DNA of 56,444 nt from an uncultured Candidatus Saccharibacteria bacterium. Its GTDB lineage: Bacteria > Patescibacteriota > Minisyncoccia > Phycocordibacterales > Phycocordibacteraceae. The notes beneath the pieces are model-generated. The model did not search any database, was not told where the DNA came from, and saw only the letters and a list, made by a program, of their open reading frames with translations. Where the stretch lies: assembly GCA_964615225.1 (NCBI GenBank), contig CAZTMV010000001.1, positions 1 through 56,444 on the forward strand, read 5' to 3'. Shown here piece by piece: positions 17,877-25,273 of the stretch (within the stretch, counting starts at the first letter, position 1; every line of letters begins with the position of its first letter). A program made the translations under genes and the position numbers.

Positions 17877-18164
17877 ATGGATATCGGCAGCCTCATGTAC
17901 TTCGGCGCACTCGCTCTCTGGAGCGGGGCAGTAGCGTACTTCATCCTGGAGAAGTTCTTCCCGCAGCCTGCTGTTGAGGAAACTACCGAGCGCGTACGAA
18001 GCGATATTGCCTTTCCGATACACGTTCCTGCGCCCGAGAAAGTGGAAGCACTTCCAGCGCAGCCCATGCCCGACTACCAGCTCACTGAAGGCTTCAAGGC
18101 GTTTCAGTCCGGAGCAGAGCTCACGGTCGAGGACATTGTGAAAGGACTTTCCCGTAGGGATTAG
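17877..18164 (+). CDS. hypothetical small membrane protein
   Basis: MDIGSLMYFGALALWSGAVAYFILEKFF... with TGGTAGAAT 7 nt upstream. The ORF-track start at 17868 lies in the -10 box. Confidence 0.45.
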   Translation: MDIGSLMYFGALALWSGAVAYFILEKFFPQPAVEETTERVRSDIAFPIHVPAPEKVEALPAQPMPDYQLTEGFKAFQSGAELTVEDIVKGLSRRD

Positions 18165-19390
18165 CTCCTTGCTGCAATCTCGCTCTTGAGCTGTGCGATA
18201 ACTGCATCGATGCCCATGGCGTCGAGCTTGCCTTTATCGCGGCTTTCAACAGACGCGGTGCGCGCCTCGACTTCAGCATCTCCAAGCACGAGTACGTATG
18301 GTACGTGCTCAGATTTTGCGTTGCGGATCTTCTTACCTAGAGACTCATTTGCAGCATCAAGCTCAACGCGAATACCCGCCTCGCGAAGCAAGGTGTACAC
18401 CTCATGCGCATACGCAGCGTGCTTCTCGGAAATAGGGAGGACCTTTGCCTGCACCGGCGCAAGCCAGAGCGGGAAGGCACCTGCGTATTTCTCGATCAAG
18501 AAGGCCATCGTGCGCTCGATAGAGCCGATCGATGAGCGATGCACGACAAACGCCATGTGTTGTTTCCCGTCCTCGCCGGTGTAGGTGAGGTCGAACTTCC
18601 TCGGAGACGAAAGGTCGTACTGCACCGTAAAGGCAGTGTCCTCTTTGCCGTTCACGTTTTTCATCTGAATATCGATTTTCGGACCATAGAAGGCTGCTTC
18701 GTCCTTGGCTTCCACAAATGGTACGCCGCGCTTTTGCATCGACTCGCGAAGCAGCATCTCAGCCTTCTCCCAGCCTGCGTCATCCTTGAAATACTTCTCA
18801 GTGTTCGCGCGGTCTCCAAGCGAGAGGCGGTACGAGTAGTCTTCGCCAGCCTTGAGTCCCAACACGCTGTTTGCGTACTCGATCAGGTCAAGCGCCTTCT
18901 CGATTTCCTCGATCGCCATTTCTTCTGTAGCGCAGATGATGTGTGCGTCTGACAGGCAGAAGGAACGTACGCGCTGGAGGCCCATCAATTCGCCGGACTG
19001 TTCGTAGCGGTAGAGCTTAGCAAGCTCGGCGTAGCGGATCGGCAGCTCGCGGTAGCTGTGCGGGGAGCGCAGGTAGAGCTCGAAGTGGTGCGGGCAGGTC
19101 ATCGGGCGGAGCATGAACTTCTCGTCCTCATCCTCAATCGGCGCGTACATCGAGTCCTTGTAGTGCGGGTAGTGACCCGACTTTTCATAGAGCTCGATCT
19201 TCGCGATGTCCGGAGTTATGACGTGCTGGTAGCCGCGCTTGAGTTCTTCGTCCACGATAAAGCGCTCGAGCTCGCGGCGGATTGCGGCACCCTTAGGGGT
19301 CCACAGCGGAAGGCCCTTGCCGACGGAGTCGGAGAAGGTGAAGAGGTCTAGTTCACGGCCCAGTTTCTTATGATCGCGGTCGATATCCAT
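18161..19390 (-). CDS. thrS: threonine-tRNA ligase, catalytic and anticodon-binding domains only
   Basis: Starts MDIDRDHKKLGRELDLFTF (the class II core begins here); MLRPMTCPHH, FRYEQSGEL..GLQRVRSF, and a C-terminal anticodon-binding domain. 409 aa. The longer ORF start at 19468 would read through a terminator hairpin. Confidence 0.9.
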   Translation of the reverse strand: MDIDRDHKKLGRELDLFTFSDSVGKGLPLWTPKGAAIRRELERFIVDEELKRGYQHVITPDIAKIELYEKSGHYPHYKDSMYAPIEDEDEKFMLRPMTCPHHFELYLRSPHSYRELPIRYAELAKLYRYEQSGELMGLQRVRSFCLSDAHIICATEEMAIEEIEKALDLIEYANSVLGLKAGEDYSYRLSLGDRANTEKYFKDDAGWEKAEMLLRESMQKRGVPFVEAKDEAAFYGPKIDIQMKNVNGKEDTAFTVQYDLSSPRKFDLTYTGEDGKQHMAFVVHRSSIGSIERTMAFLIEKYAGAFPLWLAPVQAKVLPISEKHAAYAHEVYTLLREAGIRVELDAANESLGKKIRNAKSEHVPYVLVLGDAEVEARTASVESRDKGKLDAMGIDAVIAQLKSEIAARS

Positions 19391-19410
19391 AGTGGTGGTA
19401 AGTATAGCCA

Positions 19411-19438
19411 ATAAAAAGCCCCGCTGCTGAGGCGGGGG
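19411..19438 (-). terminator. intrinsic terminator 20 nt upstream of the thrS ATG (attenuator terminator)
   Basis: Minus strand CCCCGC-cucagca-GCGGGG-CUUUUUAU. Confidence 0.7.
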
Positions 19439-19480
19439 TAGTTGTCTTTCAGTTAGGAGAACGACCACACCGCCAGGGCG

Positions 19481-19519
19481 CTAGAGCGCAGTGGTGGTAG
19501 TGGTTGTGCGAAATGCCAT
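19481..19519 (-). CDS. candidate Thr-rich leader peptide MAFRTTTTTTAL
   Basis: atg gca ttt cgc aca acc act acc acc act gcg ctc tag. The ATG is 8 nt after a TATACT -10 box, and six consecutive Thr codons occupy 19507-19490. Confidence 0.55.
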   Translation of the reverse strand: MAFRTTTTTTAL

Positions 19520-19527
19520 ACCTAGAA

Positions 19528-19555
19528 AGTATAGCCCTGAGTATGTTCTTGTCAA
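19528..19555 (-). promoter_or_regulatory. canonical promoter TTGACA-16-TATACT driving the thrS leader
   Basis: Minus strand TTGACA (19555-19550), 16-nt spacer, TATACT (19533-19528). Confidence 0.65.
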
Positions 19556-19585
19556 AACAGAAGTGCCGGCCCAGAGGGCCGGCAC
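19553..19585 (-). terminator. intrinsic terminator of the dnaE-downstream gene
   Basis: Minus strand gtgccggcc-ctctg-ggccggcac followed by TTCTGTTTTG. Confidence 0.7.
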
Positions 19586-19595
19586 TGTGAGAGGT

Positions 19596-19970
19596 CTATG
19601 CGGCGAGTCTGACGCACGCATAGTCTGCGGTTTTGAACAGGGCATTCCGTAGAACGATCCCTAAATGGGATCGAAGCGGCATGCGCTCCGAAGGAACGAT
19701 GCGTTCAAGCGTGAGCTTGCCTTCATTGGCAGCTCGCTCGATTACATCCTTTCTCGGCACCTTGTCAGGAAACACACGCGCGAACGCTCTCGTGCATTCC
19801 GTAAGGAACACAAGGCGCTGCGTCGAATGCAGCTGTTTGAACGGCTCAGAAGTTTCATGTAGCAACTTTGCTCGGATTGCTCCGGAGCGTTGCGGACTCT
19901 TCTCGAGTTCCTCAAAAGCGATCTGGTACGCGCACTTGATCTTCTCAAGCGCACAGGCCACATCATTCAT
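19596..19970 (-). CDS. hypothetical protein (co-transcribed downstream of dnaE)
   Basis: 124 aa, SD GAGAGGAG upstream, no terminator between it and dnaE. No recognisable family. Confidence 0.5.
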   Translation of the reverse strand: MNDVACALEKIKCAYQIAFEELEKSPQRSGAIRAKLLHETSEPFKQLHSTQRLVFLTECTRAFARVFPDKVPRKDVIERAANEGKLTLERIVPSERMPLRSHLGIVLRNALFKTADYACVRLAA

Positions 19971-20040
19971 GACTTACTCTCCTCTCTTGGTGGAACGTCT
20001 GAAGACGATCTTGCCTTGCGAGGCCAAATGCGTCAAGTGT

Positions 20041-23000
20041 TTATAGCGCTTTTGCGTTTTCAAGCGTGAGCGAGGTCTCGCCGTTCCTACCGGACACCGT
20101 TGCCTTCACAAGCATCGTGTTACCAACTTCCATGAGAGCTGCATGCTCTTTGTAGAGCTTAGGGAAGGCCACTGCCTCTATAGATCCTGATTTATCCTCA
20201 AGTTTCAAGAAAGCCATCTTCTCACCTTTCTTGGTGAGCACGGTACGTACCTCATCGATAAGCACTGGGAGAATGACCGGAAGTCCTGCGCGCGGGTCTG
20301 CAACAATACTGCCAATCGTGACATGCGCCTTCATGGTCTTATCTGCATGCGCGTCCAGCGGATGGCCCGAGACGTAGATGCCAAGAAGCTCGCGCTCCCA
20401 GGCAAGCTTCTCTTTCAGCGTCGTCGTATCTTCTTCGTTCGGGAGTGTAAGCGTTGGGGCAGCCAAAGAGCCGAACAGCGAGTCCTGCGCGGCTGGCGCG
20501 GTTGCGTCGCGGTGGAAGGTGAGCAAGGTCTCGATGTGCTTCAACATCGTGCCGCGCTTCCCTAAAGAGTCCATGGCGCCGCACTGGATCAAGGCCTCAA
20601 GTGACTTGCGGTTTAGGCCTCGCGAGCCGATGCGGCAGAGGAAGTCGGAAAGGGAAGTGAAGGGGCCGCCTTTGGTACGCTCCGCAATAATCGCTTCAGC
20701 GATGCCTTCGCCGAAGTTCTTGATTGAGGAGAGACCGAAACGGATCGATTCGTGGTTATCGCCGACGACGGTGAACGTGGAGCCGCTTTCGTTTACGTCC
20801 GGCGGCAGGACCGAAATCTTCATGCGTTCACACTCGGCAACATAAATAGAAATGGATTCGGTGTCGCCGGCGTCAGCGGTAAGAACCGCCGCCATGTACT
20901 CGACCGGATAGTTGGCTTTCATGTAGGCGGTCTGGTACGCCACCTTGCCGTAGCTTGCTGCGTGCGCCTTGTTGAATCCGTACGCGGCAAACGGCTCGAT
21001 GAGTTTCCAGATGGCTTCAGCAGTCGCATCTGAAATCTTGCCGAACTCTTTGAAGCCCTTCATAAGGTTTTCCTTCTGCGCTTCCATTTCTTCCGGAATC
21101 TTCTTACCCATCGCCTTGCGAAGGGCGTCTGCCTCAAGCCAGGTGTAGCCGCCAAGCTTGATGGCAGTCAACAGGACGTCGTCCTGGTAGACGATAAGGC
21201 CGTAGGAGTGCTCAAGATACTCCTGCATGCGCGGGTCCACGAAACGGATCAACTTAGGGTTTCGCTTGCGTTCGATGTATTGCGGAATGGTTTCCATCGG
21301 CCCTGGGCGATACAAAGCCACCATAGCGTTGATGTCGTGAATGGTGGTCGGCCGCAGTTCTTTCAAGTAGCGGGTCATGCCCGAACCGTTGAGCTGAAAC
21401 AGTCCTTCGGTCTCGCCGCGCGCGAGCATGGCGAAGGTCTTATCGTCATCAAGCGGGATGGTATCGATGTCGATGACCATATTCTTAGTCTCACGCACGC
21501 GATCCACGGAGTCTGCAAGAATTGCGAGGTTCTTGATACCAAGGAAGTCGAACTTCAAAAGTCCCACGCCGCCGTACTCGTCTGAAATAGAGTACATGTC
21601 GTACTGCGTGAGCAGTTTGCCGGAGCCTTTCGGATCGTACTGCAGCGGCGCCCAGTCGGTGAGCGCTGACGGCGCAATCACGACGCCCGCTGCATGGACG
21701 CCCGTCTGGCGCACGCCGCCTTCGATGCGCTTAGCAAGGTCAATGATTTCGCGCACGTCATCATCCTCTTTGTAGAGCGCCTTCAAGTCTTCCTCCATTT
21801 CCATCGCGCGGTCGATGGTCATCGGAAATCCTTGGGACCCGACCGGTATGAGCTTTGCAATACGATCGCCAACGCCATAGGAGTGGCCAAGGGCGCGCGC
21901 GGTATCGCGCACGGCTGCACGCGCGAGCATGGCGCCGAAAGTGCCGATCTGCGCCACGCGGTCTTCGCCGTACTTTCGCTTGGCGTATGCAATCACCTCA
22001 TCGCGGCGGTTATCGGCAAAGTCCATGTCGATATCAGGAGCCTTGGGGCGCTCCGGGTTCAAGAAGCGCTCGAAGGGAAGCTTGTAAAAGATCGGGTCAA
22101 CCGAGGTCACACCCACCAAATAGGAGGTGAGAGAACCTCCTGCTGAGCCGCGAGTCGTGGTCAGAATGCCGTTGTTTTTAGCAAACGTGAGGAGGTCAGA
22201 CACGATCAGGAAGTATTTTGCAAAGCCCTTGTCCTTGATGACTTGGAGCTCATAGTCCAAGCGTTCGCGAAGCTCTGGCGTATCTTCCATTCTGCGTGCA
22301 GTGATACCGGCGATCGCGCGATCGCGAAGCATATCGTCATGGTCTTTGCCTTCTTCGGCCTCGACCTGCGGGAAGATCCACTTACCAAGCGTAAATTCGA
22401 TGTGGCAGCGTTCAGCAATTTCTCCCGAACGATAGACTGCGTCTGGAATATCTTTGAACCACTCCAGCATCTGTGCTTCGTTCACGAATGAGAAATCTTC
22501 CTCTTCGTTGAATCCTTTAGATCCCTGCTGAATGCGGCGCAACACGGCACATGCCTCGCGGTCTTCCGGCTTTAAGAAGTACACGTCGTGTTGAGCGACA
22601 AGCGGCACGCCGCTCTTTTCCGACAGTGTGCGGAGTTTCTGCATCTTCTCTTCATGGCCTGGAACTTTCGGATGTCGGGTTATTTCAAGGAACAGATTCT
22701 GCTCTCCAAATATCGTCTTGTATTCCTCAAGTTGTGCAGCGGCGCCATCTGCATCTCCTGCGGCGAGCATAAGCGGAACGTCTCCTGCGAAGGAGGGAAT
22801 GAGGGCGATCAGCCCGGTGGAGTGTTTTCGTAGCAGATCGCGATCTATGCGCGGACGCTCGAACAAGCCTTCTGTATATGCGATGGTGACGAGCTTGAGG
22901 AGATTTTTGTACCCATCTATGTTTTCAGCCAAGAGAACAAGACGCGATCGCTTTTCGTTTGGCTGGTGGTCGGCAATGGTACGGGGCGCAAGATATGCAT

Positions 23001-23199
23001 CAACGCCAAGAATCGGCTTTATGCCTGCCTTCGTTGCGGCTTTGTAGAACTCGATCGCGCCGTGGAGGTTTCCTTCGTCGGTGAGCGCGACTGCCGGCAT
23101 TCCTTCCTCTTTTGCCGCCTTCACGAGTTCGTCCACCTTCGGAAGCGCCTTCAAGAAGGAGTAGTGGCTATGGGTGTGCAGGTGCACGAAGCGGCTCAT
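20041..23199 (-). CDS. dnaE: DNA polymerase III alpha subunit
   Basis: MSRFVHLHTHSHYSFL (PHP domain), GSAGGSLTSYLVGVT, DIDMDF, and a C-terminal OB fold. The start was chosen at the ATG 7 nt after TGCTATTCT. Confidence 0.95.
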   Translation of the reverse strand: MSRFVHLHTHSHYSFLKALPKVDELVKAAKEEGMPAVALTDEGNLHGAIEFYKAATKAGIKPILGVDAYLAPRTIADHQPNEKRSRLVLLAENIDGYKNLLKLVTIAYTEGLFERPRIDRDLLRKHSTGLIALIPSFAGDVPLMLAAGDADGAAAQLEEYKTIFGEQNLFLEITRHPKVPGHEEKMQKLRTLSEKSGVPLVAQHDVYFLKPEDREACAVLRRIQQGSKGFNEEEDFSFVNEAQMLEWFKDIPDAVYRSGEIAERCHIEFTLGKWIFPQVEAEEGKDHDDMLRDRAIAGITARRMEDTPELRERLDYELQVIKDKGFAKYFLIVSDLLTFAKNNGILTTTRGSAGGSLTSYLVGVTSVDPIFYKLPFERFLNPERPKAPDIDMDFADNRRDEVIAYAKRKYGEDRVAQIGTFGAMLARAAVRDTARALGHSYGVGDRIAKLIPVGSQGFPMTIDRAMEMEEDLKALYKEDDDVREIIDLAKRIEGGVRQTGVHAAGVVIAPSALTDWAPLQYDPKGSGKLLTQYDMYSISDEYGGVGLLKFDFLGIKNLAILADSVDRVRETKNMVIDIDTIPLDDDKTFAMLARGETEGLFQLNGSGMTRYLKELRPTTIHDINAMVALYRPGPMETIPQYIERKRNPKLIRFVDPRMQEYLEHSYGLIVYQDDVLLTAIKLGGYTWLEADALRKAMGKKIPEEMEAQKENLMKGFKEFGKISDATAEAIWKLIEPFAAYGFNKAHAASYGKVAYQTAYMKANYPVEYMAAVLTADAGDTESISIYVAECERMKISVLPPDVNESGSTFTVVGDNHESIRFGLSSIKNFGEGIAEAIIAERTKGGPFTSLSDFLCRIGSRGLNRKSLEALIQCGAMDSLGKRGTMLKHIETLLTFHRDATAPAAQDSLFGSLAAPTLTLPNEEDTTTLKEKLAWERELLGIYVSGHPLDAHADKTMKAHVTIGSIVADPRAGLPVILPVLIDEVRTVLTKKGEKMAFLKLEDKSGSIEAVAFPKLYKEHAALMEVGNTMLVKATVSGRNGETSLTLENAKAL

Positions 23200-23238
23200 A
23201 TGCGTAAGAATAGCAAAAGCGGCGCCTCGTGTTATCCA

Positions 23239-23267
23239 TTGCCGATTAGGGGCTTGTGTCGTATAAC
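23239..23267 (+). promoter_or_regulatory. promoter TTGCCG-17-TATAAC
   Basis: TTGCCG 23239-23244 and TATAAC 23262-23267, upstream of the SD-led gene at 23299. Confidence 0.45.
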
Positions 23268-23298
23268 TGCGGCAGACGCAACAGAAAAGGAGGCTCAC

Positions 23299-23775
23299 AT
23301 GAGCCACGCAGAGACCAGTAATGCCGTTGCGCCCGTCTCAAAATTCGAACGGTCGCAAAAAGCATTGAAGTTTCTCAGGGAGCGAACAGCCCAGCACGAT
23401 CTCTCGGTGAGCGAACTGCCGGTCACTCGGCAATTCCGCGCACATAATCAGGTGAGGATTGCTGGGCGGCGCTGCAGCTTTCGGACCATCACGAACATTC
23501 AGCGTGAGAACAATCAACGACGCATGTATGCGAAGGTGACGGAGTCCTCGCTTGCTGGAATCGATACAGTGATCTTCGTGTTGCTCCCGGGAGATCAAAA
23601 GCCACGCTTTCTCGTAGTTCCAAGCGAGAAACTGAAAGAGGCGGTCGGCTTTGGTCGTGCGCAGATGGACATCACGTTCCCGCTGCATGAACGACAAGGA
23701 CGGGCAAGACCTCGCCTCTTCGACTGGTTGCAGTACGAGGATGCGTGGTCATTCTTTACGGCGCCGCAGCAATAG
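23299..23775 (+). CDS. hypothetical protein, possible small restriction-endonuclease-like fold
   Basis: 158 aa, perfect SD AAAAGGAGG-ctcac-ATG. The segment GIDTVIFVLLPGDQKPRFLVVPSEKL gives a D...(S)EK spacing reminiscent of PD-(D/E)XK, but this is a weak match. The upstream part of ORF 22966-23775 is antisense to dnaE. Confidence 0.5.
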   Translation: MSHAETSNAVAPVSKFERSQKALKFLRERTAQHDLSVSELPVTRQFRAHNQVRIAGRRCSFRTITNIQRENNQRRMYAKVTESSLAGIDTVIFVLLPGDQKPRFLVVPSEKLKEAVGFGRAQMDITFPLHERQGRARPRLFDWLQYEDAWSFFTAPQQ

Positions 23776-23809
23776 CTGCGGCGCCTAGCGCTTTGGTACC
23801 ATTACGTAC

Positions 23810-24385
23810 ATGACTATTCTTGGCGTAGACGAAGCTGGCCGCGGACCGCTTGCAGGGCCCGTTGCGGTAGGCGTCGTCGCAGTTGCAGATGGCTTCGATC
23901 TGCTCGCTGCGTTTCCGGGCCTTAATGATTCCAAGAAACTTACTGAAAAGAAACGGGAAGCGCTCTACCTGCTTTTGCAGGAGGAAGTGAAAAAGGGAAC
24001 CGTTCGGGCAAAGATCTGTTTCTCAAGCGAAGCAGTGATAGATGAAAAAGGTATCGCGTATGCGGTTCGCCACGCACTGCACCGCGGGGTGCGTGCGCTT
24101 GCACCAGAAAGTACCGGCGTGCGAATTCTGCTGGACGGATCACTGAAGGCTCCTGACGAGTATGAGCAGCAGACCATAGTAGGAGGGGATGCAACGGAGC
24201 CTGCAATTATGCTTGCATCTGTTGCAGCGAAAGTATCGCGCGATCGCCTGATGCTCAAGCTTGCAGAGGAGTACCCTGCATACGGTTTTGAGAAGCATAA
24301 AGGATACGGCACCAAGGCGCACTACGAAGCGATTCTGCTTCGCGGACCCTGCGTGGTACATCGAAAATCATTCCTGCATTTGTAA
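23810..24385 (+). CDS. rnhB: ribonuclease HII
   Basis: ILGVDEAGRGPLAGPV...DSKKL...GYGT. Confidence 0.9.
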   Translation: MTILGVDEAGRGPLAGPVAVGVVAVADGFDLLAAFPGLNDSKKLTEKKREALYLLLQEEVKKGTVRAKICFSSEAVIDEKGIAYAVRHALHRGVRALAPESTGVRILLDGSLKAPDEYEQQTIVGGDATEPAIMLASVAAKVSRDRLMLKLAEEYPAYGFEKHKGYGTKAHYEAILLRGPCVVHRKSFLHL

Positions 24386-24458
24386 TACTTTTATATAGAG
24401 ACGCTCTGGTGTAGAGTGTCCCGCGGAGTCAGCTCCATATTCACGAGGGGAGTACTAG

Positions 24459-24770
24459 ATGAATGTAGTAGGCCAGAAGCTCCTTGCTGCACGGCAGGAG
24501 TCTCGAGCAACGCTCAAAGCAATCTTCGATACGCACACCGGTGAAGCTTCGGTCGTTCAGTACACTCCGAAGACCTGGAGTGCGCTGATCGGTTTGGCGC
24601 TTTCAGCCGGCATCACCTTCGAAAAGTTCGGCGAGGAATTCGGCACTGCTGCCGAAGATGTCGCCGAGTGGGTGGACGGCAAGATGCCCAACCGCCCTGA
24701 GACTGTCGTCATGGTGGTTGAGTTCATCGGACGGCAGGTATCCCTGTTTTCTCTTGAATCGGCTGCGTAA
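24459..24770 (+). CDS. hypothetical protein with C-terminal HTH-like segment
   Basis: 103 aa, SD GGGGAG. FGEEFGTAAEDVAEWVDGKMPNRPE resembles the helix-turn-helix/recognition-helix end of XRE-type domains. Confidence 0.45.
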   Translation: MNVVGQKLLAARQESRATLKAIFDTHTGEASVVQYTPKTWSALIGLALSAGITFEKFGEEFGTAAEDVAEWVDGKMPNRPETVVMVVEFIGRQVSLFSLESAA

Positions 24771-24848
24771 GCAGCCTGCAGGCGGTCATTTCCTTAGGGG
24801 AATGGCCGCCTTTTGCCATTTTTACGGCCAAATGGTATGGTAGCCCGT

Positions 24849-25208
24849 ATGTCAGTACGAATGCGCCACACCAGTTCGCATACTAAAAACCGCCGAAGCC
24901 ACCATGCTTTGAAGAACAAGGTTATCGTCACCGATAAGGAGTCGGGCGCGCTTCGCCTCCCGCACCGCCTTGATGAAACCACCGGCATGTACCGCGGCAA
25001 GCAGATCCTCCCAAAGAAGGAGGTGAAGGCAAAGGCTAAGGACCATGAGAAGCGTCTTGCAGAGCACAAGCACGAACATCCGGAAGGCGAGCGCCAGCCG
25101 CTGCACGTAGAAGCGCAGGAAGCGCCGAAGAAGCAGGGCCTTATGGGTCGCATGACCAAGGGCCGCGCGAAGGCTCGCTCAGGAATGGGCGGACAGGCAG
25201 GAAGCTAA
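24849..25208 (+). CDS. rpmF: 50S ribosomal protein L32 with ~60-aa basic/His-rich C-terminal extension
   Basis: [21 protein letters not shown]...; TGGTATGGT lies 7 nt upstream of this ATG. Confidence 0.8.
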   Translation: MSVRMRHTSSHTKNRRSHHALKNKVIVTDKESGALRLPHRLDETTGMYRGKQILPKKEVKAKAKDHEKRLAEHKHEHPEGERQPLHVEAQEAPKKQGLMGRMTKGRAKARSGMGGQAGS

Positions 25209-25223
25209 GGCTTCATACTTCTC

Positions 25224-25258
25224 AACACACCTCCCATTGCGGAGGTGTTGTTGTTTGA
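25224..25258 (+). terminator. terminator after rpmF
   Basis: cacctcc-cattgc-ggaggtg followed by TTGTTGTTTG. Confidence 0.55.
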
Positions 25259-25273
25259 GTACCCTGAGACATA

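Larger units (their letters stand above)
19411..19527 (-). promoter_or_regulatory. candidate thrS leader/attenuator RNA (~110 nt)
   Basis: Contains the Thr-run leader ORF, a complementary segment GGCGGUGUGGUCGU (19474-19461), and the terminator. See findings. Confidence 0.6.

Noticed and set aside
19391-19468. Longer thrS start at 19468 (435-aa ORF)
   Set aside because: The extra 26 residues would be translated through an intrinsic terminator hairpin and T tract and have no ThrRS homology. The ATG at 19390 coincides with the start of the catalytic core.
19490-19510. T-box-like GGTGGTA motif on the plus strand upstream of thrS
   Set aside because: It is on the wrong strand for thrS. It is simply the reverse complement of the Thr-codon run, and no specifier loop or antiterminator bulge architecture is present.
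19411-19527. Possibility that the ~110-nt promoter-to-terminator unit is SRP (4.5S) RNA or another housekeeping sRNA
   Set aside because: It lacks the conserved GGAA-tetraloop / AGCA symmetric-loop signature. The Thr-run ORF and its position next to thrS fit an attenuator better.
22966-23298. Upstream extension of ORF 22966-23775
   Set aside because: The extension is antisense to the dnaE PHP domain. A perfect SD and ATG at 23299 define the real start.
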